Positions 23,456 to 35,547 of a stretch of 64,000 nt of DNA are shown here, piece after piece. The position numbers and the translations under genes are program-made. Below the pieces are notes generated by a model. The model did not search any database. It saw nothing but the letters and a program-made list of their open reading frames with translations, and was not told where the DNA came from. Source of the DNA: Raillietiella orientalis (Eukaryota). The stretch covers positions 1 through 64,000 of the forward strand of contig JAYWIR010000101.1 of the NCBI GenBank assembly GCA_036172245.1, in the 5' to 3' direction. Every line of letters starts with the position of its first letter. The first letter of the stretch is position 1.

Positions 23456-26363
23456 TGCCGAACGGACGTGTTCTGTGTTGCTCCTCGAGCGTGATTCCTT
23501 TCTGTCTTCTTGTGTGTGGTGTGCCCGGGTGCGTCCACTCGGATGTCCACAGAGCCTTCGGAACAAATGATGGATGTGGAGACTGCTATTGGCAGTGGAG
23601 ACTCTACTCCAGATGTCCGGTCCGCCTCTGATTCTTGTGTCTTGCCACCGGCGAGAAGTTTCGCCGCCGTCGTCAAGGCGGCGGCAGCAACGGAGCACCA
23701 CCCGACGAAGCGGAGCTGCAGGCATATGCAGCTCATGGCTACAAGCCTGCGCTCTGCAAGTCCGTGAGTGCTGCGATCTCCGACGGGGTCGGAGAAAATC
23801 TGTGGGACGAGCTTTTGCGCGTCGGGGTCCGACAGGACGACCTCCTGGCCGTCATGCCGGTTAACGCGCTCGGACACTGAAAAGTGCACCGCAAAGAGGC
23901 ATCCCTAGTCCAGCGCCTTCTCCGCACCTTGCTAAATATCCGCGGGAAGAGGTCGTCCCGTCGGCCATGGACCAGTCGTTCGTGGTCCGATTGTCCGATG
24001 TCCAGGTGGACACGCCCGATCGCGTGCTCGTCGCTGCACTTAGTGCATTCGCCACGGTGCACGCGCTGTGGAGAGCAGACAATCCGATCAAAAGGATTGC
24101 ATCTCTCCACAGCGGACTTGCCATGGCGCGTGTCACCATGGCGGATAGGAGGCAAAGGCCTTCGCACTTGCAGGTGGGCGATGCGATCGTCCACCTTAAA
24201 TTTTCTGGTCAGCGACCGGCTTGCGGCATTTGCGGTGCAGAGGGCCACCGTCCGTATACGTGGCCTTCAAACAACTGATGTTATTGTAAACTGCTCGGTA
24301 ACTCCATCAAAGAGTGCGCCAAGCTGAAGAGAAAGCGGCAGGCGAAAAGCCGCCAACAATCTACCCCGTCCGCGCCGAAAAGATCCCCCGTTGTGCCACG
24401 GGAGAAATCGGGCGCGAAGGGCGAAGCATCTTCGAGTGGCGGTCCCGCGAAAAAGGGTGTGGTTGCTTCAGATAAGCCACCATCCCAGACAGCCGCGCAG
24501 ACAGGAAAGTTGCCACGTCGCCCTGGGGGCAAATCGCCACCTTCGAAGCAGCCTAAGAGTGCGAGCACGCACTCAATCAAGGCTGCTGAACCGTCCGCGT
24601 CCGCTTGCGCGTCCAGCGGAGCACACGGGAAACCGTGCGCGGGTACCCTCGGAGCTGCCTCTGAACGGCAGTCTCCTCCTACGGCGGTGGAGATCACGTC
24701 TTCCACGCCGAAGGCACGAGCAGCGAAGGCTGCAATAGCGCCACGCGGGACGACGGCAATGACCGCCGTTTCGCCCGCATCGGCTAAGGAGCAGGTGCAG
24801 TGCGTAACGGGGACTGAGCCGTCTCCCGTCGAGAGCGCGAAACGTGAGCCGGCATCTCCGGCCAAACAATTGAGGGAGGCGTCGGCCTCCCAGGAAAGCG
24901 TCCCCGACGCGGGCTGGACTCGCTTCTCCAGGACGCCCACAAAGGGGAAGAAGAGGGTTGATCCTTCAATATTCCCCATCCTTAAGGTGGGTGGGAGGCA
25001 AAAGAGAAGCACGCCAAAGAAGGTGCGTACCCAGGTACGCACTACGGCTGCGTGCTCTGTCTCTGTCGCTTCGCGCGAGAAAGCGGCTGCGGAAGCCAAA
25101 GCTCCGGAAGCTGCGTTGGCGACTGCGACGACCCCCGCGCGGGCAGGGCAAGCCTCAACCTGCCGAAACAAAAAGAGACTGACAAAACGCCAATCTCGCG
25201 CCAGGCACTCGGACTCCGAGGTGGAGTCCGAGTGCAAACAAATGGAGCGCGCATCCCGGGGTAAGCCGGTAGCGCGACGGGCTAAAGTGCGAAAGCACGA
25301 GCCTGTTGCCGAAGGCGGTTCCGGCTCCTGCACGGAGACCGAGGCGATGATCCTCGGCTCCCAGAACTCAGCTGGGCGCGATATGGCGGCGAACGGGAGC
25401 GATTTCGCTTCCCAATCCGCTCTGCAGCAGGAGATACATAGCATCTCCGAAGGGCAGGCATCGGATCTGGAAGAGCTCGCGGGCGGGACGTTACACTAGC
25501 GGCAAGGCTCCTCGCACACGTGCGGATTCGCGTTCCTCGTAGGAGGCATGATGGCGGAGGCGGTGCGGAACGTTTGTTTCGACGAGGAAGGTCGTGTGGG
25601 CCAACTTGTCCTCAAGTGGTCCGAATCGATCGACCTGGTCGTTACGAACATCTACGCGCTGTGCGGCGGCCGGGATTACGCCCAGCGACTTGCATTCCTG
25701 GGTGGCCTGCGCAGCCGCTGGCTCGCTGACTCCGGCCCTAACGTGGCGCTCCTCCTTGCAGGAGACTTCAACGTCCACCTGCTAACAGAGGAGAGATGCC
25801 GCTTGAGGAAGAAGCTACTGGTGAGCGAGGTATGCGCGTCCGTGCGCGTGCAAAACTTGCTTGCTGGTGAGCCCGGGATGGAGAGATCGCCGGACAATGC
25901 GTTCTTTGATGAGCACCTGCTCTCATGAGTAGGTCGGAGAGGGCGCCTGCTGTCCGCGATTTCGGATCATCACAGACTAGAGTTCGAGTTCCTCCCGCCT
26001 AAAAAAAGGGCCTCCGATGAATTTCTGGCGGTTGCCGGCCGACTGGCTTAGCAATTCGGGGGCGGCGGAGCATTTTCTTCGACACCTCCGGAGCTTCGCC
26101 ATTTGTGAACTCGGGGACTGGGACGATCTGAAAAGATCGTTCCGCGAGTTCTGCTGCCGGATTTCCTTGCACCTGCTTCCCCGCGGCTTCGGGAAGGTTG
26201 TCGCGAACAGCAGATCCTATCTGCAGGCGCGTACGTTCTCATGATGCCCGGACGTCCGGCGTCTGGCGGAGTACAAGGCCAGGGCGTAGCGCCTGGTTTG
26301 GCAGTCTGTAGCGGCTTGTCAGCTCGATGACGCTGGCCAGGAATGCTCGACTGCAGACAAAGT

Positions 26364-28671
26364 TTTTCACCCGCATATGCCGGGGCATTTATTATTCTAA
26401 TTTGTTACAAAGATTAGATAATAAAGTCTTTCAAAAGTTGGTTGTGGGAAACACCGGGTTCTCCCACCTTGCGCGACGTGTCGGTTGCAGGTGCATAGAC
26501 CGGTTAGGTCGATTCCCAAGGCGCATGGGAAGGGAAAACTAGAACAAAAACAAACAAGAAGATAGATAACGGGGAGGGAAACAGTTATATGGGGAGAGGG
26601 GAGGGGGCAGGAAAGGGATCACTGGGCGCCTGGGTCGGTCCTCCGCATCCTGTTGAGGATGCAGTCAAGTTCGATTTTTATTGTGAAAGGTAGACGCCAC
26701 CTTGTCGCCGTCTCTAAAGAGATCGTCTTCCAGTGGCTGGCGTCCCTGCATCTTGGGCCTCTTCTTCTAGCGTGCCACCTTTGCACAATGCCGCGCACGC
26801 AGCAGAGGACTGCTAAAGACGCAGCGGGGCGCAGGCCGTCACGCAGAAAGAGGCGACGGTAAATTTCCTTAGGGTCGCCTACTGGAAGATGAAGGATTGG
26901 AGCGATTCGACTCCAGAGTTCATCCAGGGCGACACACTCGAGGGTGAGATGCGGGAAGGTTTCTCTTTCTCCGCACTCGACACAGCGGGCATCCACATTC
27001 CCCAGTGTCCAGTAAGACAGGCGTGCTCTGCTTAACAGTCTCCAGTGCAGAAATAGCAACGCCGTCTCCTGCCACTTCAACGGAAGTGTGCCGCAATCCC
27101 AACACGCTGGGGGCCACTTCACCTCCTCCGGAGGTATTGCGAGCAGCTCTCACCAGCGCGCAAGTCCGTGAGGCGGGACGCTCAGGGTGGCAGCTTCCGT
27201 GAGCTCCCGAGTCGTCCACGCCTTTAAAGGTTTTCTCCTGCCTCGGATGAGGCAGGACACTTCCCACGATGCCCGCTCGTTGCTGCTCTAAGGGTTTTTT
27301 AGGGAGGACAGAACGGGGGCAAGGGGGCTGAAAGAAGCCCACAGAAACTTCCGGGGCGTGTTGATAATCTCCTGCAGCGGCTGTCGAGCGTACGGTCCTC
27401 GTCGTAGGCAGTTGTATTCCGCCTCGCTCGTGCCGTTGATCTTAGCCCACGCGGAAGCTGACTTTTGAAGCCAGGCAGTGCAGTTCGCGGGGAGGCGGGA
27501 GATCCAGGTATTTTCCCTCATCATGGCGACCATCTGGCGCAAATCGGGGCCACAGTTGAAGAGGCTGCGCTGGTAGGTCACGAGGATCGAGGACAATCCT
27601 TCGCAGTTGGTCGCTCTTCTGGCGAGGAGCCGTGCCGGATCGCACCATGGCGTCATCCATAAGCTAGCCGCAAGGGCTAACTTCCGAAGTGTTGTCTGTA
27701 GTTGGATGCGCTCCAACGTAAGGAGGCCCAAGCCACCATCCCTGCGTGGAGCGCACAAGTCTTTCAATCGGACTCGCGACCTCGCTGTGCCCCAAAGGGC
27801 AGTCCTCAAGAGGGCTTTGGTCCGTCTCTGTATGATGGGAGGGGCGGGGCAAACAAAAAGGAAGGGGCGAAAGAGGGGGGCCGCGAACGCGTTCCACACC
27901 GCGGCCCGCTCCTGCAAGTAAAACTTGCCGTTCCGAAACGGGCCGATCGCCAACTCCACCTTTTGGAGACGGTCGGACCAGGCTTCTGCAACGCAGAAGT
28001 CCCCCAACGGAATGCCAAGGTACTTGAAGCACCTTCCCGTGGGGATCCCTGAGCGGATCCAGTCCGGCCGTCCGGCCCACGCCGTATTGTTTAAAAGTAG
28101 TGGTGATGTTGGAGCGATGGAAGATTTCTCTCTGTTCACCTCGAGGCCCGTCCCGCGGCGCAGCAACTCAAAGAAATCTTCGAGCGCCGACGCCGGGGTG
28201 GACCCGGGGAGCAGGAGCAGAAGGTCGTCGTCGTAGGCCGACACGGCAGGCGTGCCGGGACACGAGCTTGGCAGGGTTGCCAGAGTCTCCCTGTATGCCC
28301 TCAGCACCAGCTCGAAGTAGATGCTGAAGAGCAAGGGGCTCAGACTGTCACCCTGCCTTATGCCACGGCGAACCGGCACGCCGTACACGTGCCGGCCGCT
28401 AAAAGAGATGTTTATTAGAGCGAAGCGCCAGCAGGAGCGCAGGTAAGCCCGGAAGACGGCCGGGAATCCCAAGCGTTCCAGGAGCTCCAGAAGGAGTTCC
28501 TGGTCGACGCAATCGAACGCGTTACGCAGATCGACTGCGACCGCAAGGGCACCGGGGGAGGCTCTTCCATCAAAAGCGTCCCCTTCCTGGTCAGAGGAGA
28601 ATCCAGGATTCTCTTGACCTCCCTGGTCTTCTATTTTTTGCAACTGCCACCATGTACTGGCGAGGAACAGG
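26364..28671 (-). mobile_element. Element H, 5'-truncated, antisense within G
   Basis: RT/Zn finger ORFs 27288..28706(-) and 26619..27122(-); 3' end AATAAATGCCCCGGCATATGCGGGTGAAAA; degenerate 20-bp TSD at 26344-26363 / 28672-28691 (16/20 matches). Confidence 0.88.
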
Positions 28672-31600
28672 TGCTTGGCTGCAGCCCAAGTACACCGCGT
28701 AGTCAAGCGCTACTACTCCTCGTTGTACGCGGAGGAGCCTACGCAACGCAGTCTCTCCGAGCTGCTTCTTCCGACGGGCAACTCTGCTATCGACGAGGAG
28801 GAACGCGCCAGATTGGATTGGCCCTTCACGGCGGAAGAAGTATCTTCCGCCATAGCGGGCCTGAAGAGGCGTAAGGCGCCTGGGGAGGATGGCCTGCCCG
28901 CGGAGTTCTTTCAGTGCTTCGCGGCGAAGCTCGTCCCCCTGGTGCTAAGCCTTTCCTCGCTGATGCATTTTGAACCCGGTTGCGCCGGGACGTTTATTTG
29001 TAAAAACAAACCACAACCTTCAAGGCAAATTCATTCTTTAGAGACACAAGAAACGCCCATACAGTAAGTTCAGTTCAGAAAGATCAACGGCACGTAGGTT
29101 GCCTTCCAAATGAAAGGAACGGAGGGAGAGGGATACAAAATAAACAAAACATAACAGAACAAACAAAAAAAAACAGTGGAGGGTGGGGTCAGGGATCTTT
29201 GGTAGTAAACGTTCCTAATCTTTCTAGAAGCGCTGTTTGACAATGGCGACTTCCCTGGAGACTTTTCTGGGCAGATGAAGCCACCTGACAGCTTCTTTTA
29301 TAAGGTTCCCAGCGATTCTGGCGGCGTCCGTTCTCTGCGAGCTTCCTTCTAGTTTATGGCGGGCAATCAAGATGGCGCGGATGCAAGAGATTGTTGCGAT
29401 AACAGCGCCTTTATACAGTCCGTCTTTGCTGAAGAAGCGTCAAAGCAGGTCTGTGGCAGTGTCCTGAGGACGACGAAGTGCCGAAGCAAGTCTCCGCCAT
29501 AACTCCCGCAAGTCACTACACTCAAGGAGCAGGTGCGTAAGCGATTCTATCGCCCCGCACCTGAAGCAGTTCGGGGAGACGACTCCCCCTGTAACCAAGT
29601 TACTGCGCTTATTGCACTGGAATCCCCAATGCAGAAAAAGAAGAACATCCTGTTTCCATCGAAGCGGGAACACGGAGCTGTCCATACACAAGGAAGGGAC
29701 CACGAGATCTTCGGGGAGTAATCCAAGAACCTCACTCCAACGAAGAAGTCTCTTTGCCAGGTAACGAGGAGTGGCAGCGTTTACCAACACGTTCGTTCTG
29801 CAGCCACTCAGCAGTCTTCCCACTCCTGCAATGATGCAGAAGAACTCCCACCTTGCCGGCTGGCTACTGTCGTTGTTTGCTCTGAGAGCAGACAGCGCTG
29901 CGGCGATGGGTGAGACGACTATCCGGGACCAAAGCGACCACTCCTCCAGGATCACTCCTAGCGGTTTGCGTAAGAGACCCTGTAAGGGTCGCAGTAGCTC
30001 TGGGCGCACATCCAAAGTGGACGTCCATTGCTCCAGAGCTTCCTGCTGCCAAGCATTCCAATTGGAGGGGCGGCAGGAAATCCAGGAATGGGCTAACAGC
30101 AACGAGGACAAGTGCCTCAGTGGGTAGCCGAATCCAGTTCTCCGGCGAAGGTTGCGCGGCAGCAACGAAAGCAATCCTGCACTGCCGACACATCGCTGGA
30201 GAATATGACGAGCCGGAGCACACCAATGACTAGACCAAAATTTCCCACATAGGGATAGAAGCCGGAACTGCACTTGCAGTCCAATCTTCTGGATGGTCAG
30301 GATGCCCAGGCCTGCGTCCTGGCATGACGCCACCAAATCTTTGAGGCGAACCCTGGATCGCGCAGCGCCCCATAAGACGTTACGTAGGAGACGCTGCGCC
30401 CGGAGTTTAACCACATAGGGAGGCGGGCAAACAAAAAATAAGGGGCGGAGGAGGGGGGCAAGGAAAGTGTTCCATATGCACGCCCTTTCCGGCCAGACAA
30501 ACTTGCCTTCCAGGAACGGGCCTAGAGCCATCTCTGCCTTCTGAAGACAGGCCGACCACGATTCAGACGAGCAGAAGTCGCCCAACGTTACGCCAAGGTA
30601 CTTGAAGTACCTGACCGTGGGGATCCTCAGGCGGATCCATTCGGCCTGTCCCTCTCACGACGCACCTACCGGCACGACGGAGCACTTCGCCCTGTTAACG
30701 CTCATGCCCGCTCCACGACGGATCAGCTCGAAGAAGTCTTGGACCGAGTCCGGCGGAGTAGACATGGGCAACAGAAGCAGAAGTTCGTCGGCGTATGCTC
30801 CCGCGGACGGAGTGCACGGAGAGGCGCTGGGCAGGACAGCCAGCGTCAGCCTGTACGCTTTTAGCACCAACTCAAAGTGAATGCTGAAGAGCAACGGGCT
30901 TAAGCTGTCGCCCTGTCTGATGCCTCTGCGCACGGCCACTCCGCACACGCAAGAGCCACTGAAACAGAAGTTGATAATCGCGTGGCGCCAGCAGGAGCGC
31001 AAGTACAGGAAAAGATAATTCGGAAGCCCAAAACGCTCCAGGAGCTCCAAGAGGAGTTCCAGGTTTACGCAGTCGAATGCTTTGTGCAAATCTACTGCTA
31101 GTGCCAAGGCTCCCGGCCTTTCTCCCCTCCGTCCGTACTGGCGCACGTAGTCGGCAGAAGGTCTTGCCGCTGTTCGGCTATCCGCCGCAAAGCGCTCTTG
31201 AAACTGCCACCACGTGCGCGCGAAAAGAAGCTTCGCATCCATGGATCTAACCGGTACAGCGTAAGACTGCTCCGGGCTTACCACGGACTCCGCGACTTTC
31301 CCTAAGCGCGTGACCCACAGCTTCGAAAACAACTTGACGTTTGTATTTACTAATGTGATCAAATGCCAGTTGTTGAGTTGGCGCAGATCCCCTCCTTTCG
31401 GAAGGAGACGCACCCTCGCTGAGCGAAAGGAAGAAGGGACATCGCCCGTCACCCTCATCAGCGTCGAAATTCTAAGAACCAGTGGGGCGAGTTCCGCCGC
31501 GAAGCTCTGATAGAACTTCCGCGGGCAGTCCGTCCTCACCTGGCATCTTCTGTCTCTTGAGTCCTGCGATGGCGGAAGAAACTTCCTCCAACGTGAAGGG

Positions 31601-33626
31601 CTCGTTGAGACGAGTGCGTTCCTCCTCGCCGATGCCATGTGCAGCCCGCGGCAAAAGTAGTTCGGAGAGGACTCTTTCCGTCGGGGAATTAGCGTAGAGC
31701 AAGGAGAAGTGACGCTTTAGTGCTCGTCGCACTTCGGCAGGAGCCGTGCATTCCCGGCCTTGGTCGTCGAGCAGAATAGCCGCTCCAGACTGCCAGACCT
31801 GGCGCTGGGCCCTCGCCTTGTTCTCTGCGAGTTGCCGGACTTCCGCACGTCTCGAGAAGGTGCGCGCCTGCAGAAATGCTCTGCTATTGGCCACGCCTTT
31901 CCCGAAGCCGCGTGGTAGCAGGTGCATGGGGAACCGGTCGCAAAACTCGCGAACCGATCTATTAAGATGGTCCCAGTCTGCGAGTTCCCGGAAAGCAAAG
32001 CCGCAAAGGAACTGGCGAAGATGCTCCGCCGCTTCCGGATGACTCAGCCAATCCGCCGGCATCCTCCAAACATTGTTTGGAGGTCCCTTGCCCGGCGGGA
32101 GTATCTCGAACTCCAGCCTATCTTGGTCCGATAACGTGGACGGCACCCTGCCTCTCCTTCCCACTCGCGAGAGTAGGTGTTCATCGAGGTAGAGGTGATC
32201 CACGCACCTTTCCAGTCCAGGCTCGCCGGCTTCCAAGTTACGCGCGTGCACCGACGCGCATGCCTCTTCCACCCTCGACCGTTCCGCCAGGGACCGCGTC
32301 TCGTTGGAAAGCAGGTGGACGTTGAAGTCCCCTGCGACGAGATGCGCCACCCGCGCTCCGGAGTTTCTGAGCCATTGCCTCTACAGCACGTCGAAGAACT
32401 CGAAGCTTTCGACACGCCGATGAAAGCCGCTCGGCGCGTAGACGTTCGTTACGACGAGGTCGATTGAATCTGACCACTTGAGTACAAGTTGGCCCATTCG
32501 CCCTTCCTGGTGGAATCGAACGCTGCGCACCGCTCCCGTCATCCTACTATTGACGAGAAAACCGACTCCGCACGATTGTGCAGAACCTTCTCGCCAGTAC
32601 AGAGTGCCACCCGCGCGCTGTTCGATTTCGGCAACCTCCACATCGGAGATGTAATGCATCTCCTGAAGGATCGCCAAATCGAAATGTCGCAGGGTGTGTG
32701 ACACGTCGCGCCTCTTTCCGTCCCTGCGCAGCCCATTGACGTTCTAACAGGCTACGCTGAATCGACGAAAAGAGGCGACTTCCTGCATTAAGGCTGGGAA
32801 GGTGAGCACAGATTTCTCGCCTTGTCCGGCGAGTGGTCACGAGACAGAGCAGTCGATCTCGGAGACTGGACATCTCCATTCGAAGCCGCACTGCTTGTTG
32901 CCGGTAGCTCAGTGGTTAGGTCCTTTTCCTCCTCTTTGCTCCCCAGCAAAAGTTCCTCCTCGGCAACCACGCGCTTGCGGGTCTTCGGGAGGCGATTGCG
33001 CGGTTTCGGTCGGTTGTCGCGCTGTGTGCTCTTTCTGTCGGACTCTGGATCAGAATCCGACAGTCGAGGGCTCTCCAGGCGCTGCTGCTGTTTCCCGGAA
33101 TTAGGGAATTCGTTCGCTGCCTGTTTCCTAGCTCTTTCTGCAACTGCGGCTGGGACTTTCGTCCTTTTAGCCGCAGCAGCAGCTTCCCGCTCCATCCGTG
33201 AGAAAACAACTGCACAGGAGGAAAGAATCGCAATCTTTTTCTGGGAAGGTTTCGCGGGTTTCTCTCGCGCACTCACCTTCACACAGAGCTGCGAAGACCT
33301 TGATGGTTTCTTTCTAATGATCTTTCTCACCTGCATCCAGCCTTCTTCCTTCGCGTCGCAGTTATCTTTGCCATCCTGAGATGGCGCTGCTTACACGGAT
33401 GTAAGAGGCGTTGCCTTGGCTGCCTCTTGGAGTGCTGCCTCCACGCAGGCGTAAGCAACTCCTTTAGCTATCGCGAGAGCCTTGCGCACGGGCGGTATCG
33501 CCGCCGCTGAACGAAAGGGAGGCGTGATTATTGCTAGTTTAAAACTATACCCAATACCCCGCCAAGGCAGTGTTTAAAATCACTGCCAAGGCAATTTTCG
33601 AGTGTCCTTAGAGGGCAAGTGTTTGA

Positions 33627-35534
33627 GTGAACGCCAGTGTGGAAAGAGTGCAACCGGGGACCATCAGCAGCAGCAGCAGCAGCGCCGAGAAGTCCACGGT
33701 GGAAGTCCTGCAGTCGCCCCGAGCAGCCGGAACAGCTGCCAGGATGCAGGCATCTGGAGTTGGAGGAGTGGTGAGGCCATCGTCCCCCATGGAAGCCATG
33801 GAGGTAACGTGCGGCAACGGCGAGGTGGCGGCAGGCATGCCGAGGATCGCGCCCGCGGCGGGCTTTGCTGCGCCGGCGGCGGCGATGCCAAGGGTCGTGC
33901 CCGCGGCGACGACGGCGGAGGTCGTGCCCGCGGCGGCGACGCCGAGGATCCTGCCCGCGGCGGGGAAGGTCGCGCCTGCGGCGGCGATGCCGAGGGTGCC
34001 GCCCGCGGCGGTAACAACGGCAACGTCGAGGTTTGCACCCGCGGCGGTGGCGTCCCAGGCGGGACCCGCGGGCGTCCACGCGGTGCAGGGAGCGACGCCA
34101 TCTTGTTCGGCTGCGGCGTCGCAGCCCTTTTCTTATGCGTCGGTGGCGGCTGGACAGGCGAGTGTCCACCCACCTTGGAAATTCGGTAAGCCGCTTAGCG
34201 GAAAAGTTCTAAAAGTGGACCGACCAATAGTCGAAATAGGCCCCAACGTGAAGCCCATTATCTTCAAGACGGGGCTAATAAAATTTAATAACATCAGGGA
34301 GGTCTATTTGTCCCTCGACAAGACGGACATAGACTTTGATCGCATTCAGGCGATCATTCCATCGAACAACGGGTTCACAGTCTTTACAGACTGTGAAAAC
34401 ATTAGAGAACGATTGATCCAGAAGGGGATCAATATACAAGGACGGATGGTTTGTGGTATTGGCGAGATGCCATACACAACCGTCTTTTTAAACGGCATCT
34501 CCATCCTCACACCGCAAGTAGCGGTGTGGAATTACTTGGAGCAGTTTGGGGAAGTTCTGGACCTTGATTTCCAGAGCTTCTCTGGAAACATATTTTCTGG
34601 CGACATGATCTCCAAGATGAAGTTGAGGGAGGGAGTGGTGATCCCTGGATTGGCCGTTATTGACGAACAATCCCAGGGAGTGAATGTGCGTTACCGGCAA
34701 CAACCGGTATTCTGCACCGGGTGCAAGCAGTTCGGCCACAGGGCCGGCGCTTGCCCAACGTGTCGTCGTTTCCGCTGCGGCAAAGTAGGACATCGAGTCC
34801 GAAACTGCCCGCAGCCGGAGGTGTGCTCCTTCTGCAAGAAACACGGACATGCGAAATGGAGCTGTCCGGAGTTTGAAAACTGCAGAAGGATTCGAGGTCT
34901 CTCTCCCGTGAGAGAGAGAAACATCAAGGAGGCCGAACAACCTCAGAAGGCAGGAAGGCAGAAGAAAGTGAAAGAAGCCGTCCCGGTGTCGGCGGACGGC
35001 TTCATAGAAGTGGGAAAGAAGGGAAAGAGGAGGATGCTCGTCAAGGAGCAAGGAACTCCTCAAATCCTGGAAGCAGCAGAGCAGGAAGGCGAGAAGATGG
35101 AGGTAGCGCAGGAAGGCGCGAAGGAAGAGAGACAGGAAGCCACTAAAGTGTCGCAGGAGGCTCTGCAGACCACGGAGGAGTTGGCAACACTGGCGGAGGA
35201 GATCATGGAGGTGCAGAGCGGTCCTCAGCAAGAGAAAATCTTGCAGAAGATCTGCACTGCACAAGAGAACATCAACCAGGTGGTGGAGGTCGCTGAACGC
35301 GAGAAGTTAGAGGAACAGCTTCTCGACGTGAAGGCAAACTTCTGCGCCAAGGTCGAGATAGAGGCGCTATCTCGAAAATTGATCGCGCAGGCGGAACACT
35401 CTACGGAGGAGGCGGAAATTACCGACCTCACAGGTACGGAGAGTAACGCCGGCAGTGAGAAGCCAGCTGCTTCTTCGACGTCTGGAAGAGCACGCTCTCC
35501 CGAACAGAAGAAGCTCAGGAAGGCCAAGAAATAG
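33627..35534 (+). CDS. ORF1 of D: gag-like nucleic-acid-binding protein with three CCHC-type knuckles
   Basis: Open 635-aa frame containing YRQQPVFCTGCKQFGHRAGAC, FRCGKVGHRVRNC and CSFCKKHGHAKWSC. The true start codon is uncertain. Confidence 0.88.
   Translation: MNASVERVQPGTISSSSSSAEKSTVEVLQSPRAAGTAARMQASGVGGVVRPSSPMEAMEVTCGNGEVAAGMPRIAPAAGFAAPAAAMPRVVPAATTAEVVPAAATPRILPAAGKVAPAAAMPRVPPAAVTTATSRFAPAAVASQAGPAGVHAVQGATPSCSAAASQPFSYASVAAGQASVHPPWKFGKPLSGKVLKVDRPIVEIGPNVKPIIFKTGLIKFNNIREVYLSLDKTDIDFDRIQAIIPSNNGFTVFTDCENIRERLIQKGINIQGRMVCGIGEMPYTTVFLNGISILTPQVAVWNYLEQFGEVLDLDFQSFSGNIFSGDMISKMKLREGVVIPGLAVIDEQSQGVNVRYRQQPVFCTGCKQFGHRAGACPTCRRFRCGKVGHRVRNCPQPEVCSFCKKHGHAKWSCPEFENCRRIRGLSPVRERNIKEAEQPQKAGRQKKVKEAVPVSADGFIEVGKKGKRRMLVKEQGTPQILEAAEQEGEKMEVAQEGAKEERQEATKVSQEALQTTEELATLAEEIMEVQSGPQQEKILQKICTAQENINQVVEVAEREKLEEQLLDVKANFCAKVEIEALSRKLIAQAEHSTEEAEITDLTGTESNAGSEKPAASSTSGRARSPEQKKLRKAKK
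33835..34050 (+). repeat. GC-rich coding repeat (MPRxxPAA-like units) in D ORF1
   Basis: Recurrent GCCCGCGGCG units at ~21-27 bp spacing. Confidence 0.7.
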
Positions 35535-35547
35535 GTCTTCCCCTTTT

